Part shown: in pieces, positions 1 to 9,610 of the stretch
How positions within the stretch are numbered: the first letter of the stretch is position 1
How the letters are laid out: each line of letters starts with the position of its first letter
Sequence record: SRR2962707_5488
Length of the DNA stretch: 64,000 bases
Strand: one strand, 5' to 3'
Notes under the pieces: generated by a model
The model's database searches: none
What the model saw: the letters and a program-made list of their open reading frames with translations, nothing else
What the model was told of the DNA's origin: nothing
Position numbers and translations under genes: made by a program

Positions 1-993
1 ACGCCGTGGAACTGGCCGGTGAACCAGATCGTGGCGAAGGTCGCGCCCGCGCTCGCGGCGGGATGCACGATGGTGCTGAAGCCGAGCGAGCTGACGCCCT
101 TTTCCGCCGAGCTTTTCGCCGAGGTGCTGGAGGAGGCGGACGTGCCAGCCGGTGTTTTCAACATGGTGCATGGCGACGGCAGGACGGTGGGAACGGCGAT
201 GGCGTCACACCCCGATGTCGATATGGTGTCGTTCACCGGATCGACGGCGGCAGGTGTGCAGGTTGCGATCAACGCCGCGCCGACGGTGAAGCGCGTGGCG
301 CAGGAACTGGGCGGCAAGTCGCCGAACATCCTGCTCGACGATGCGGACTTCGAGGCGATGGTGCCCATCGCCGTCGAGAGCTGCATGGAGAATACCGGAC
401 AGTCCTGCAACGCACCGACGCGGCTGATCGTGCCCGCAGGCAGGCATGACGAGATTGTGGAGAGGGCGGTCGAGGCGGCGCTGGCGCTCCGCGTGGGCGA
501 CCCTACGAGCGAGGAAACCGATATCGGTCCCATCGTGTCGAAGCTCCATCTTGGCCGGGTGCGCAACCATATCGAGATCGGGCGGCAGGAAAGTGCGATC
601 CTCGCGACGGGCGGCGCGGACCCGATTGCCGGTCTCGATTCCGGCTATTTCGTGCGTCCGACCGTGTTCGCGCATGTCGAGCCCTCGATGACGATTGCGC
701 GGGAGGAAATCTTCGGCCCGGTGCTTTCGATCATTTCCTATGCGGACGAGGAAGACGCGGTGCGGATCGCGAACGACACGCCCTACGGGCTTGCGGCGTT
801 CGTTTCGTCCGGCGACGAGGCGCGCGCCCTGAAGGTCGCGCGGCGGCTGCGGGCGGGGCAGGTTCATGTCAACGGCGCGACGCCGCCCTCCGCCGCACCT
901 TTCGGCGGCTACAAGCAATCTGGCAATGGCCGCGAGGGCGGGGCTTTCGGGATCGACGACTTCACCGAGATCAAGGCCGTCGCGCTGCCTTGA
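1..993 (+). CDS. Aldehyde dehydrogenase family protein (5' end truncated by window edge)
   Basis: Frame is open from base 1 (TPWNWPVNQI). ALDH motifs SFTGS, ELGGKSP, catalytic Cys in GQSCNAP, EEIFGPV and PFGGYKQSG are present. Confidence 0.95.
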   Translation, partial: TPWNWPVNQIVAKVAPALAAGCTMVLKPSELTPFSAELFAEVLEEADVPAGVFNMVHGDGRTVGTAMASHPDVDMVSFTGSTAAGVQVAINAAPTVKRVAQELGGKSPNILLDDADFEAMVPIAVESCMENTGQSCNAPTRLIVPAGRHDEIVERAVEAALALRVGDPTSEETDIGPIVSKLHLGRVRNHIEIGRQESAILATGGADPIAGLDSGYFVRPTVFAHVEPSMTIAREEIFGPVLSIISYADEEDAVRIANDTPYGLAAFVSSGDEARALKVARRLRAGQVHVNGATPPSAAPFGGYKQSGNGREGGAFGIDDFTEIKAVALP

Positions 994-1001
994 GGCTGCC
1001 T

Positions 1002-1050
1002 GTGGCCAAATAAGGATATGGCGCGGGGCTACCCCGATCCCGCTTACTAT
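1002..1050 (+). promoter_or_regulatory. Putative LuxR-type operator (GTGGCC-N6-GGATAT) with -10-like TACTAT, upstream of the amidase
   Basis: Matches the dyads at 7101, 8581 and 9533. TACTAT lies at 1045-1050. Confidence 0.5.
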
Positions 1051-1078
1051 GCGGGAAAAAGAAAAAGGGGACTTCCGC

Positions 1079-2527
1079 ATGACCGCCAAGCTCGACCTCG
1101 CCTATATGTCCGCCGCGACCCAGCTTCGCCTTTACCGTGAGAGAGAGCTTTCGCCGGTCGAGGTTCTGGACGCGCAGATCGCGCGGGCCGAAGAGGTGGA
1201 GCCGAAGATCAACGCCTTTGCGTGGAAGTTCTATGACGAGGCGCGCGAGGCGGCGAAACACGCCGAAGCCCGCTACAAGAGCGGCGATGCGCGGGCGCTC
1301 GAAGGCGTGACGCTTGCCGTGAAGGACGATACGGACCTTGAAGGCAAGGTGACGGCGTCGGGCTCGAAGCTCTTTCTCGATTATGTCGCGCCGTCATCGC
1401 ATCCGATGGTGCAGCGCTACCTCGAGGCGGGCGCTATTGCCCATGCGAAGACGACGGTGCCGGAATTCTGCGTCAGCACGGTCACCGAATCGCTGCATTG
1501 GGGAACGACGCGCAATCCCTGGAACATCGAATTCACACCGTCGGGCTCCTCCGGCGGCTCGGGCGCGGCCTTGGCGGCCGGGACCACGACGCTCGCCACG
1601 GGAAGCGATTCCGGCGGCTCGATCCGCCTGCCCGCGAGCGTCAACGGGGTTTACGGCTACAAGTCGCCCTTCGGCCGCTTTCCGGCCGTTGCGCCCTGGA
1701 CACTTCTGCCGAACTCGGTTTACGGGCCGCTGGCGCGCACCATGGACGACCTGTCCCTGATGTACGATATCGGCAACGGACCGTCGGCGAACGACCATAC
1801 GGGTTTGCCGAAGACGCATCTGGCGAAGCCGCTGCCGGACGTCGCCGGCATGCGCATCGCCTACAGCCCCGATCTCGGCTTCGCGCAGGTCGACCCGGAA
1901 GTGCGCGCCAACACCGAACGGGCGCTGAAGCACTTCGAAGCGCTTGGCGCGACGGTCGAGGAAGTGGCGATAAGCTGGACCGAAGAGAAGATGCAGGAAG
2001 CGGTTTACGGCACGCTGCTGACCGGCTTCTGGCGGAACTTCTTCGAACAGGTTCAGGAGATGATCCAGAACCCACGCGATGTTTCGGACCAGTATCATGC
2101 GCTCTACGCCAAGGCGATGTCGCTGCCCAAGAGCACGCAGGAGACGGCGGCGATGCTGGTCTCGGAGATGAACACCGATATCCACGCCATTTTCAGCGCG
2201 GGCTTCAACGCCATCGTTTCTCCGACGACGGGCCTGCCTTCGATATCGGCCACGCATAATCCCGCGAAGGACACTCTCACGATCAACAACATGACCGTGG
2301 ACCCGATGACGGGATGGTGCCTCACGCAACCGTTCAACCTGCTCTATCTGCATCCCATCGTGGTGGCGCAGACCGGCCGGGCGGCCAGCAACATTCCGAC
2401 GTCGATACAGATCATCGGTGACCGCTACGACGACAATACGGTGTTCGCGCTGGCGAGCGCCTATGAGCGCGTCGCGGAGCCGCTCTACAAGGGCGACGCC
2501 TTCCCGGATTTTCGCGGCGAGATCTAG
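1079..2527 (+). CDS. Amidase signature family protein
   Basis: Lys in LAVKDD, SGSSGGSG and GSDSGGSIRLPA give the Ser-cisSer-Lys triad. ATG at 1079 follows an AAGGGG RBS; the ORF-track start at 866 overlaps the ALDH. Confidence 0.92.
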   Translation: MTAKLDLAYMSAATQLRLYRERELSPVEVLDAQIARAEEVEPKINAFAWKFYDEAREAAKHAEARYKSGDARALEGVTLAVKDDTDLEGKVTASGSKLFLDYVAPSSHPMVQRYLEAGAIAHAKTTVPEFCVSTVTESLHWGTTRNPWNIEFTPSGSSGGSGAALAAGTTTLATGSDSGGSIRLPASVNGVYGYKSPFGRFPAVAPWTLLPNSVYGPLARTMDDLSLMYDIGNGPSANDHTGLPKTHLAKPLPDVAGMRIAYSPDLGFAQVDPEVRANTERALKHFEALGATVEEVAISWTEEKMQEAVYGTLLTGFWRNFFEQVQEMIQNPRDVSDQYHALYAKAMSLPKSTQETAAMLVSEMNTDIHAIFSAGFNAIVSPTTGLPSISATHNPAKDTLTINNMTVDPMTGWCLTQPFNLLYLHPIVVAQTGRAASNIPTSIQIIGDRYDDNTVFALASAYERVAEPLYKGDAFPDFRGEI

Positions 2528-3753
2528 CTCTCGTGTTCGGTCCTGTCGGTGACGCGGGCCGGGGCGGCGCCTGAAAGTGCGGCGAGGACGAGCGCCGCAA
2601 CGGCGACCCAGAAGGCAAGCCCGTAGGATGTGCCATCGATCGCGAAACCGATGAAGGCAGGGCCCAGCCCCGCGCCGATGGAGGCGACGATCATGCCCCA
2701 GACGGCAAGCCGGCCTGTGCGGTCGAGCGCGGCCTGAACGGCCTGGAAGTACGGCGCGACGATGGCCCAGGCGATGTTCTGCACGACGAGACCAGCGACG
2801 AAGGCCGCCGCCGCGACATGCGATGCCGCGAAGAAGACGGCCGGCACAGTGTAGACACCAAGCGCCAGCATCAGAGGCCAGAAACGGCCATAGCGGGCGC
2901 TCAGCACGATGACAAGGATCGTGCCCGGAATGCCGCAAAGCGAGGAGATGGCGAGCACTTGCGCCGCCTTGTCCGCCGGCAGGCCGACGACTTCGCCATA
3001 GCGCAGCATGTAGCTCCAGAGGCCGATGGCGGCGACATTGAAGAGGCCGAAGGCGAGGACGGAGAGGAACTTCAGGGAAGTCGGATGACCGGTATCCGCG
3101 GCCGCACTTGTTTCCTCCAGCACCTCCACCACGGCCGGACGGAGCGGCGACGACCCGCCGTTGAAGCCGAGCAACGGATAGAGAGTCAGAGAAACGACGG
3201 CGAGCGCGAGCATCGCCGCATAGACGCTCGCTGCGCCGAGCAGCGGCAAGAGTGCGGGGATCGCCGCGATGAGCACGGCGGCGAGGACGAATTGCAGCAT
3301 GATGTACATGCCGAAACCGCGGGCCGCATATTCGTGACGGCCGATCCAGTTTGTAACCGCGCCGACCAGAAGGCCGACGCCGACGCCCTGCACCGCGCGC
3401 AGCAGCGAGAGCTGCAGCATGTCCGACGCGGCAATCGAGACGAGATCGCCGAAGATCGCGAGGAGGATGCCCGCCAGCGCGATGCGCGGCAGCGGCCAGC
3501 GCGAGACGAGGAAGAGGGACAGACAGAGGCCGAGAGTGGCGGCGAGCACATTCACGGTCGCGACTTCGCCCGCCAGGCGCTCACTGAGGCCGACATCGAC
3601 GATCCATGCGCCGACAAGGCTCGGCAGGACGGAGGCGATGACCGCGCCATAAGCGCCACAGGCAGCGACGAGGAAGAGAACAACGGAGCCTTGCGGATCG
3701 AAGCCTCGCCATTCGCGTTTCGCCGCGCCGCCTCGCTGCCGCTCTTCGTTCAT
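2524..3753 (-). CDS. MFS transporter
   Basis: About 410 aa with roughly 12 hydrophobic segments and an MFS-like LLRAVQGVGVG helix. Start may be GTG 3777. Its stop overlaps the amidase stop (convergent). Confidence 0.85.
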   Translation of the reverse strand: MNEERQRGGAAKREWRGFDPQGSVVLFLVAACGAYGAVIASVLPSLVGAWIVDVGLSERLAGEVATVNVLAATLGLCLSLFLVSRWPLPRIALAGILLAIFGDLVSIAASDMLQLSLLRAVQGVGVGLLVGAVTNWIGRHEYAARGFGMYIMLQFVLAAVLIAAIPALLPLLGAASVYAAMLALAVVSLTLYPLLGFNGGSSPLRPAVVEVLEETSAAADTGHPTSLKFLSVLAFGLFNVAAIGLWSYMLRYGEVVGLPADKAAQVLAISSLCGIPGTILVIVLSARYGRFWPLMLALGVYTVPAVFFAASHVAAAAFVAGLVVQNIAWAIVAPYFQAVQAALDRTGRLAVWGMIVASIGAGLGPAFIGFAIDGTSYGLAFWVAVAALVLAALSGAAPARVTDRTEHES

Positions 3754-3802
3754 TCGCCCCACCTTCGCGTCACGCACATTTCACAATCCTTATCTATCAT
3801 GG

Positions 3803-3830
3803 AAAAGGGCGGGAACTCGCGTCCCCGCCC
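3803..3830 (-). terminator. Probable intrinsic terminator after DUF1329
   Basis: Minus strand reads GGGCGGGGACGCGAGTTCCCGCCC then TTTT. Confidence 0.6.
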
Positions 3831-3878
3831 CTGCCCCAGCATCCACCCCGCAAGCACGAGCGAGGCTCCCCCCAAAAC

Positions 3879-5234
3879 TCAGCGCGTGCCGGTCTTGCGA
3901 AGCGCACCGACATCGAACATGCCGTCGGTGACGTTCGCGGCTGCATGGAAATCCGGGCGGGTATCGTCGTTGAAGACGAGGTCGAGGATGTAACGGCCCG
4001 CTTCCAGATCGTAGAGTGCCTGGCCGAAGCCGAAACAGGTGGGCACATCATAGGCGTTGACGGTCGTTTCTTCCTGATAGCGCCAGAGGCCGCCACGGCT
4101 GTCATACATGTCGGCGGCGACGACACGCCAGCTATCCTCGTCCACATAGAAGGTGCGGCGCGGCAGGAGATGGCGCGTGCCTTCCTTCAGCGTCGCCTCG
4201 ATAACCCAGACGCGGTGCAACTCGTAGCGGGTCACGTCGCGGTTCGGGAAGTTCGGGCCGACGAGATCGGCGACGCTGTGCTTCGAGTTCGCGAATTCGT
4301 AGTTGTTGTAGGGAATGTAGAGTTCTTTCTTGCCGGTGAGCTTCCAGTCGTAACGGTCGAGGCGGCCGTTATACATGTAGAGCTGGTCGGCGGCGCCGAG
4401 GCCTTCATAGCCCGAGACGGGATTGTCGTAGGAGAGCGTGGGCGCGCGGCGGACGCGGCGCAGGCCGGGGCTGTAGAACCAGGCGTTGCGCTCGCCGTTC
4501 AGCGTTTCGTGGACGAGATAGGCTTCGCCCGCGACACGGGCAGGCGCCGTGTAGGTGCTCAGATATTTGAGCTGGACGTTCTGAAGCTGTTCGAAGCTCG
4601 TGCGGTCGGGATTGTAGTAGTTCGAGAGGCGCAGCTCGTCCCATTTGAGGGGCACGAAGTTGCCGTCCGTGTTCACGACGGCGGTTGTGCCGACGACGCT
4701 GCGGGCAACACCTTCATAAGCGGTGCGGTGATTCCAGATCACCTCGTCGCCGGACTGCGGCAGCGGGAAAGGAAAGCCGCCCGGCACCGCACCGACGAGG
4801 TCGTGCGCGGTTTGCTCGACCTTCGCGACGCCGATATTCGCCTTCGATTTTTCGTAGACGTTGGCTGGGAAAGCGCAGCTCCGGTGCGTCGGATAGACAT
4901 CCATGCGGTAGCCGGCATAACGCTCGAGGAGCGCGACCTGACCGGCGGCGAGATTGTCGCGGTACTGGTCGAGGTTTTCCTTCGTGATCGAGAAGAGCTT
5001 TGCGTCACCCGCGTAGGGATCGACGTAATCCTGACCCTGCACGTAACCGGCGGGCGGGCTGACAATGCCGCCATCCCATGCGGGGATCGTGCCCGCTGCG
5101 TTGCCCGCCACTTCGGCGCCGATCGGTGTGAGCTTGGCACCGAGATCGGCGGCGCTGTCTGCCTGCGCGGCCCCCATGCCGAGAACGATGCCGCATGCAA
5201 CGAGAGCGGCAGTTGCGGAAACCTTGGTAAACAT
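3879..5234 (-). CDS. DUF1329 family periplasmic protein
   Basis: Signal peptide; LTPIGAEVAGNAAGTIPAWDGG, AWFYSPGLRRVRRAP, RYELHRVWVIEATLK and FYVDEDSW are typical of DUF1329. Confidence 0.9.
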   Translation of the reverse strand: MFTKVSATAALVACGIVLGMGAAQADSAADLGAKLTPIGAEVAGNAAGTIPAWDGGIVSPPAGYVQGQDYVDPYAGDAKLFSITKENLDQYRDNLAAGQVALLERYAGYRMDVYPTHRSCAFPANVYEKSKANIGVAKVEQTAHDLVGAVPGGFPFPLPQSGDEVIWNHRTAYEGVARSVVGTTAVVNTDGNFVPLKWDELRLSNYYNPDRTSFEQLQNVQLKYLSTYTAPARVAGEAYLVHETLNGERNAWFYSPGLRRVRRAPTLSYDNPVSGYEGLGAADQLYMYNGRLDRYDWKLTGKKELYIPYNNYEFANSKHSVADLVGPNFPNRDVTRYELHRVWVIEATLKEGTRHLLPRRTFYVDEDSWRVVAADMYDSRGGLWRYQEETTVNAYDVPTCFGFGQALYDLEAGRYILDLVFNDDTRPDFHAAANVTDGMFDVGALRKTGTR

Positions 5235-5274
5235 CGGTATTTCTCCTTTCGCCTTCCGTTACTTCACATGCCGC

Positions 5275-6996
5275 CTAGAAGGCATAGGACACTGTAAAAG
5301 TCGCAAAATCGCGATCCGTCGCAAAGTTGGTGTAGCCGCCGCCGAAATTGTTGGTGTAGGCCGCGCCGACGCTCCAGGTCGACTGGTAGTCGGCCGTTAC
5401 GCGGAGCGTCACCTGTTTGCGGTTGTCGATATGCGTGTCCATCATCGCGTAGTCGAGCGCGGTGCCGGTGATGTCGTAGCGGAAGGCGACGCCGGGATAG
5501 ATCACCCAAGGCGTGCCGAAGACGCCCTGATAGCTGCCCGTGATATCGGCGATGAAGCCGACCGCGCTGGTGTCGCCGAAGGTGCCGACGGGCTTGCTGT
5601 GGAAATAGGTCCAGGCCATTTCGCCGATGAAGGTCATGTCATCCATGCCGAGGGCCTGGATCGCCGTGCCGAAGAGCGGCGCCGTCGGACCGGCGGAGTA
5701 GATGCCGTTGAAGATGACTTGCGTACGATCCTCGCGAACGAAGCCTTCGGAGCTGCCTGTGCCGGTGAAGCCGACGGGGTCGGCGAGGAAAGCCGCGGTC
5801 GCGGCCGCCGTGAAGGGATCGGCGAGCGGCACTGTGTAATCGGGCTGGTAGGCAACGTCGAGGCCGAAGGAAACATCCTGCCAGACGAAGCTCGCCGACG
5901 CGCCGAAGAGATCCTGGTCCGGCACGTAGTTCCGGTAGTAGCCGACCGGGTAGCAGAAGAAGACCGGGTCGCAGGCCGCATAAGCGCCGACCACGGGCAC
6001 CTTCTGGTGGTAGCGCATGTAGTAGAGGCCGAACTCGGTGTCGAGCGCTTCGCTGAAATAGAGTGTGGAGAGACCCCACTGGCCGGAATGCGAAGGCTCG
6101 CTGTCGGCCAGGAGCGGGATTCCGGTGCCGAGCAGGAATTGCGTCTGCGCGTCGAGGCCGGAGGCGGCGGGATCGCCGACGCCGCCAAAGGCCGGGCCGT
6201 AGAAGAGACCGATGGCGCCGGGGCCGACGGCGTCTTCAAGCGAGAAGAAGGTGCCGACGGGGTCGAGCTCGGTTTCGTTCCAGCGGAACTGGTAATAGGC
6301 GGAGACGTCGAGATTGGAGATGGGTGCGAAGCGCACAACGGCCATGGGCGCGGGGAGGTAGGCCTGCTTGATCTCGGCGCCCGCACCGCGCAGCTTCGTC
6401 ACGTCGAAGGCGCTGGTTTCGGCGATGCCGCCACCGTAGAAAATGCTTTCGCCCCAGTTCAGCACCTGATTGCCGAGACGGAAATTCACCGGCAGGCCGG
6501 CGACATCCACATCGCCATAGACATAGGCGTCGAGGAGGCGGGCGCGGCGGCCGACGCGGCTGACGGCGGTATCCGTCAGGTCGGTGCGGCGGGTCGAGTC
6601 CTTGTCGGACTGGATGGCGTCGAAGAAGTAGCTGCCGCGCGCGAAGAAACCAAAGTCACCCTGCTTGATCTCGAACTCGGTGAAACCGGTAAGCGGCGCG
6701 GAGAAGACATCCCACTGGTCGTAGTTGAGATTGCCGTCGTCGTAATTGTCGGTCAGGCCGTCATTGGCGCAGCCCTGCGGATTGGTGCTGCTGATATACA
6801 TGCACTTGCGATCCGAGGTGCGGATCGCGGCGGACGCCGTGAGGGTCGTGTCGATCGAGACATCGGCCTCGCCGAGCTTGAACTGCATGGCGGAAGCCGG
6901 AAGCGGCGCGAGCGCCACAGCCGAAGCCGCGAGGCCAGCCACCAGCAGGGCCTTTGAAAACAACGAAGCACGAATTTGCCCGTGACGAACCGACAT
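5275..6996 (-). CDS. DUF1302 family outer-membrane protein
   Basis: Signal peptide; NYDDGNLNY, RLGNQVLNWGES and C-terminal DRDFATFTVSYAF ending in Phe. Lies directly upstream of DUF1329. Confidence 0.88.
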   Translation of the reverse strand: MSVRHGQIRASLFSKALLVAGLAASAVALAPLPASAMQFKLGEADVSIDTTLTASAAIRTSDRKCMYISSTNPQGCANDGLTDNYDDGNLNYDQWDVFSAPLTGFTEFEIKQGDFGFFARGSYFFDAIQSDKDSTRRTDLTDTAVSRVGRRARLLDAYVYGDVDVAGLPVNFRLGNQVLNWGESIFYGGGIAETSAFDVTKLRGAGAEIKQAYLPAPMAVVRFAPISNLDVSAYYQFRWNETELDPVGTFFSLEDAVGPGAIGLFYGPAFGGVGDPAASGLDAQTQFLLGTGIPLLADSEPSHSGQWGLSTLYFSEALDTEFGLYYMRYHQKVPVVGAYAACDPVFFCYPVGYYRNYVPDQDLFGASASFVWQDVSFGLDVAYQPDYTVPLADPFTAAATAAFLADPVGFTGTGSSEGFVREDRTQVIFNGIYSAGPTAPLFGTAIQALGMDDMTFIGEMAWTYFHSKPVGTFGDTSAVGFIADITGSYQGVFGTPWVIYPGVAFRYDITGTALDYAMMDTHIDNRKQVTLRVTADYQSTWSVGAAYTNNFGGGYTNFATDRDFATFTVSYAF

Positions 6997-7071
6997 CGAA
7001 ACCCCCTTTTCCGGCCACTCCCCCCGGAGCGGCCCCAAGCCTACCGTCAAACCCTCAACGGCCATCCTGAA

Positions 7072-7118
7072 AGGCTAGGACGCAATCCGCCGCGGGCGAT
7101 ATGTCCTAGATAGGACAC
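7072..7118 (-). promoter_or_regulatory. Putative LuxR-type operator (GTGTCC-N6-GGACAT) with -10-like TAGCCT, for DUF1302-DUF1329
   Basis: Perfect dyad TGTCCTA-GA-TAGGACA at 7102-7117. Confidence 0.6.
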
Positions 7119-7123
7119 GCTGC

Positions 7124-8515
7124 TTAGCGAGTCCCTATTCCTTCCCGCGACAATTCATCCGCCGTGTCGAGAATCGCGTCGTGAAGCACGTCGACGGCGA
7201 AGTCGATCTCGCTCTTCTCCAGCGTCAGCGGCGGCGACAGGACGTTCAGATGCGCAAGCGGGCGCACCAGCAGGCCGCGCTTCTGGCAATGGCGCCAGAT
7301 GCGCTTGCCGATGCGGACCTCGTCGCCGAAAAGCTCCTTGCGTTCCTTGTCCGCAACATACTCGATGCACATCATGAAGCGGCGGCCGCGCACGTCGCCG
7401 ACCAGCGGCAGGTCCGCCAGCGGCGCGAGCCTTTCCTCGAAATAGGGACCGATCTCGCGGACCCGTTCGCAGATGCGCTCGCGCTCGATGATCTCGATAT
7501 TCTTCAACGCTGCCACACACGCAACCGCATGACCCGTATAGGTGAAGCCGGTGTTGAAATAGGCGCCGGGGCGGCTCAGCACTTCGTAGATTTCGTCCGA
7601 CATGATAACCGCGCCGGCGGGAATGTAGCCGGAGGTGAGGCCCTTGGCGCAGGTGATGATGTCCGGGACGATGCCGAAATAATCCTGCGACGCAAAGAAA
7701 TGACCGAGGCGGCCGAAGGCCGTCACGACTTCGTCGGCGACGTAAAGAAGCCCGTATTTACGGCAGATTTCGAGCATTCGGGGGTGATAGCCCTCGGGCG
7801 GCACGATGACGCCGCCGGAACCCTGGATCGGCTCGGCGATGAAGCAGGCGACGTTTTCGGGGCCGAGTTCGACGATCTTCGCCTCGAACTCCGCGACGAG
7901 GAGATCGGTGAACTCCGCTTCCGTGGTGCCTTCGGGACGGCGATAGAGGCCCGGCGCCGAGATGTGGTGGATGAAGGCTTCCTCCGGCCGCCAGTCCGTC
8001 GAATAGCCGCGGTCGCTGAGCGACGCGGTCAGGTAAGTGCTGCCGTGATAGGCCTTGTCGCGCGTGATGATGTGCTGGCGCGAGGGCTCGCCCTTGCGGA
8101 TGAAATAATGATGGATGAGGCGGATGGCGCTGTCGGCCGCCGTCGAACCGCCGGTTGTGAAGAGCACGCGGTTGAGCGAACCCGGCGCGCGGCGCGCAAG
8201 CTCTTCGGCGAGCGAGGCCATGGGCGCCGATGTCAGGTCGTCGAAAGGCGAATAATAGTCGAGGCGGCGGATCTGGTCGGCGATCGCATCCGCCATCTCG
8301 TCGCGGCCATGGCCGATGTTCACGCACCACATGCCGCCGAGACCGTCGAGGAACTTGCGGCCATCCTCGCTGTAGACATAGTTTCCACGCGCGGAGCCGA
8401 TTACCGTTCGCTCAGCCGTTTCCATGACGGACAGGTCCGTGAACGGATGAATATTGTGGCGCCGGTCGGCATCTTCGACGCTGCGATGGTTAATTTCGTG
8501 CTCGGCCAGGCTCAC
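7124..8515 (-). CDS. Class III PLP-dependent aminotransferase (omega-amine/SpuC-like)
   Basis: DGLGGMWCVNIGHGR, EPIQGSGG, DEVVTAFGRLG and PLP Lys in AKGLTSGY. GTG start at 8515 follows a GAGGAGAGG RBS. The 805-aa ORF extension is antisense to luxR. Confidence 0.92.
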   Translation of the reverse strand: MSLAEHEINHRSVEDADRRHNIHPFTDLSVMETAERTVIGSARGNYVYSEDGRKFLDGLGGMWCVNIGHGRDEMADAIADQIRRLDYYSPFDDLTSAPMASLAEELARRAPGSLNRVLFTTGGSTAADSAIRLIHHYFIRKGEPSRQHIITRDKAYHGSTYLTASLSDRGYSTDWRPEEAFIHHISAPGLYRRPEGTTEAEFTDLLVAEFEAKIVELGPENVACFIAEPIQGSGGVIVPPEGYHPRMLEICRKYGLLYVADEVVTAFGRLGHFFASQDYFGIVPDIITCAKGLTSGYIPAGAVIMSDEIYEVLSRPGAYFNTGFTYTGHAVACVAALKNIEIIERERICERVREIGPYFEERLAPLADLPLVGDVRGRRFMMCIEYVADKERKELFGDEVRIGKRIWRHCQKRGLLVRPLAHLNVLSPPLTLEKSEIDFAVDVLHDAILDTADELSREGIGTR

Positions 8516-8551
8516 GGGACCTCTCCTCAACTGACGGTCTTGCGATGAGGG

Positions 8552-8598
8552 AGTTTTACGCGATCCGGTATGCGTCATCTGTGGCCTTGGTAGGCTAT
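8552..8598 (-). promoter_or_regulatory. Putative LuxR-type operator (ATAGCC-N6-GGCCAC) with -10-like TAAAAC, for the aminotransferase
   Basis: Same dyad geometry, and the same 28-nt offset to the -10-like element as the 9533 site. Confidence 0.45.
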
Positions 8599-8692
8599 AG
8601 GCCGGAGGAGGCAGCTTCCGGCTGCGCCCGGCGCCGGGGCGTGTTACAAAACAGACACCTGCCATCACCAGAGCGAGCCGCAATCCGCGCGC

Positions 8693-9529
8693 ATGACCGA
8701 ACGAACCGACACAAAGGGAACACTGCCGCTGAACGCCGTCGGCGCGTGGAGCGCGGGCCTCGCGGCGAGCTTCGCGGCGGGCGAGATTACGGAAAGCGCC
8801 GCGCGTCTTGCGGAGGCGCTGACGGCGCTCGTTCCCGAGACGCGCATCTATGCCGGTTTCTACCGCCGGGAGGCGCCGCCCGTGATCGTCGATTTCGACG
8901 AGCATGACGACTGGAACCACGGCTATACGGACGGCAAGTACCTGCTCGATCCAACCTATGACCAGTTTCTTGCGCGACATGAAAGCGTTTGTCTTTCGCC
9001 GAAGGAAATGTTTCCGCCGGATTTCCGCAAGAGCGAATATTACCTGAGCTACTACCGGCCTTACGGCATGGTCGATGAGATTTGCTACCTGCTCTATGTG
9101 GAAGACGATGTCGCGGTCTATGTGTCGCTGATGCGGCTTGCGGATGCGCCGCCCTTCAGCGCGGCGGAATATCGCAGGCTCAACGCGGTGCTCGATGCCG
9201 TGGAGGCATCGGCGAAGCACATGCAGGCGCTGGCACAGAATGCAGGCCGTGGCGACGACAGTTCGTTCCAGCTCCACCGGCTTCTTTCCGCCGCCTATGA
9301 ACGCTTCGGCGGCGACAGCCTGAGCGAGCGCGAAAAGGAAGTGACCAACCTGCTTCTCAAGGGCCTGCCGCCGAAGGCGGTGGGCCGAATGCTCGGCATC
9401 GCGCCGGGGACCGTGCGCAATCACATCAAGCGCATCTATGTGAAGCTCGACGTGCGCTCGCAAGCCGAACTTCTGGCACTGTTCTTCGAGACGCTGGACG
9501 AGGCGCTGTCGCACCGCGACGAAGGCTGA
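8693..9529 (+). CDS. LuxR-family (C-terminal HTH) transcriptional regulator with N-terminal ligand domain
   Basis: C-terminal LSEREKEVTNLLLKG...IAPGTVRNHIKRIYVKLDVRSQAEL; N-terminal YLLDP motif; no receiver domain. Confidence 0.9.
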   Translation: MTERTDTKGTLPLNAVGAWSAGLAASFAAGEITESAARLAEALTALVPETRIYAGFYRREAPPVIVDFDEHDDWNHGYTDGKYLLDPTYDQFLARHESVCLSPKEMFPPDFRKSEYYLSYYRPYGMVDEICYLLYVEDDVAVYVSLMRLADAPPFSAAEYRRLNAVLDAVEASAKHMQALAQNAGRGDDSSFQLHRLLSAAYERFGGDSLSEREKEVTNLLLKGLPPKAVGRMLGIAPGTVRNHIKRIYVKLDVRSQAELLALFFETLDEALSHRDEG

Positions 9530-9532
9530 GAC

Positions 9533-9578
9533 CCGTCCCAAACGGGATATGTCGCGTGTTCATCCGCACCGCTACCCT
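9533..9578 (+). promoter_or_regulatory. Putative LuxR-type operator (CCGTCC-N6-GGATAT) overlapping a -35-like TGTCGC, 17 bp from -10-like TACCCT
   Basis: Read directly upstream of the Rieske gene. Confidence 0.55.
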
Positions 9579-9610
9579 TCCGCGCAAATTCGCGGCGCAG
9601 GGAGGCGCAG

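Noticed and set aside
5065..6957. 630-aa + strand ORF, and similar ones at 3945-5297, 12327-14402 and 25387-26823
   Set aside because: Each fully overlaps a well-supported minus-strand gene and has no recognisable motifs.
8516..9541. Apparent 805-aa aminotransferase fusion
   Set aside because: The extension is antisense to luxR, and a strong RBS with GTG at 8515 gives a normal-length enzyme.
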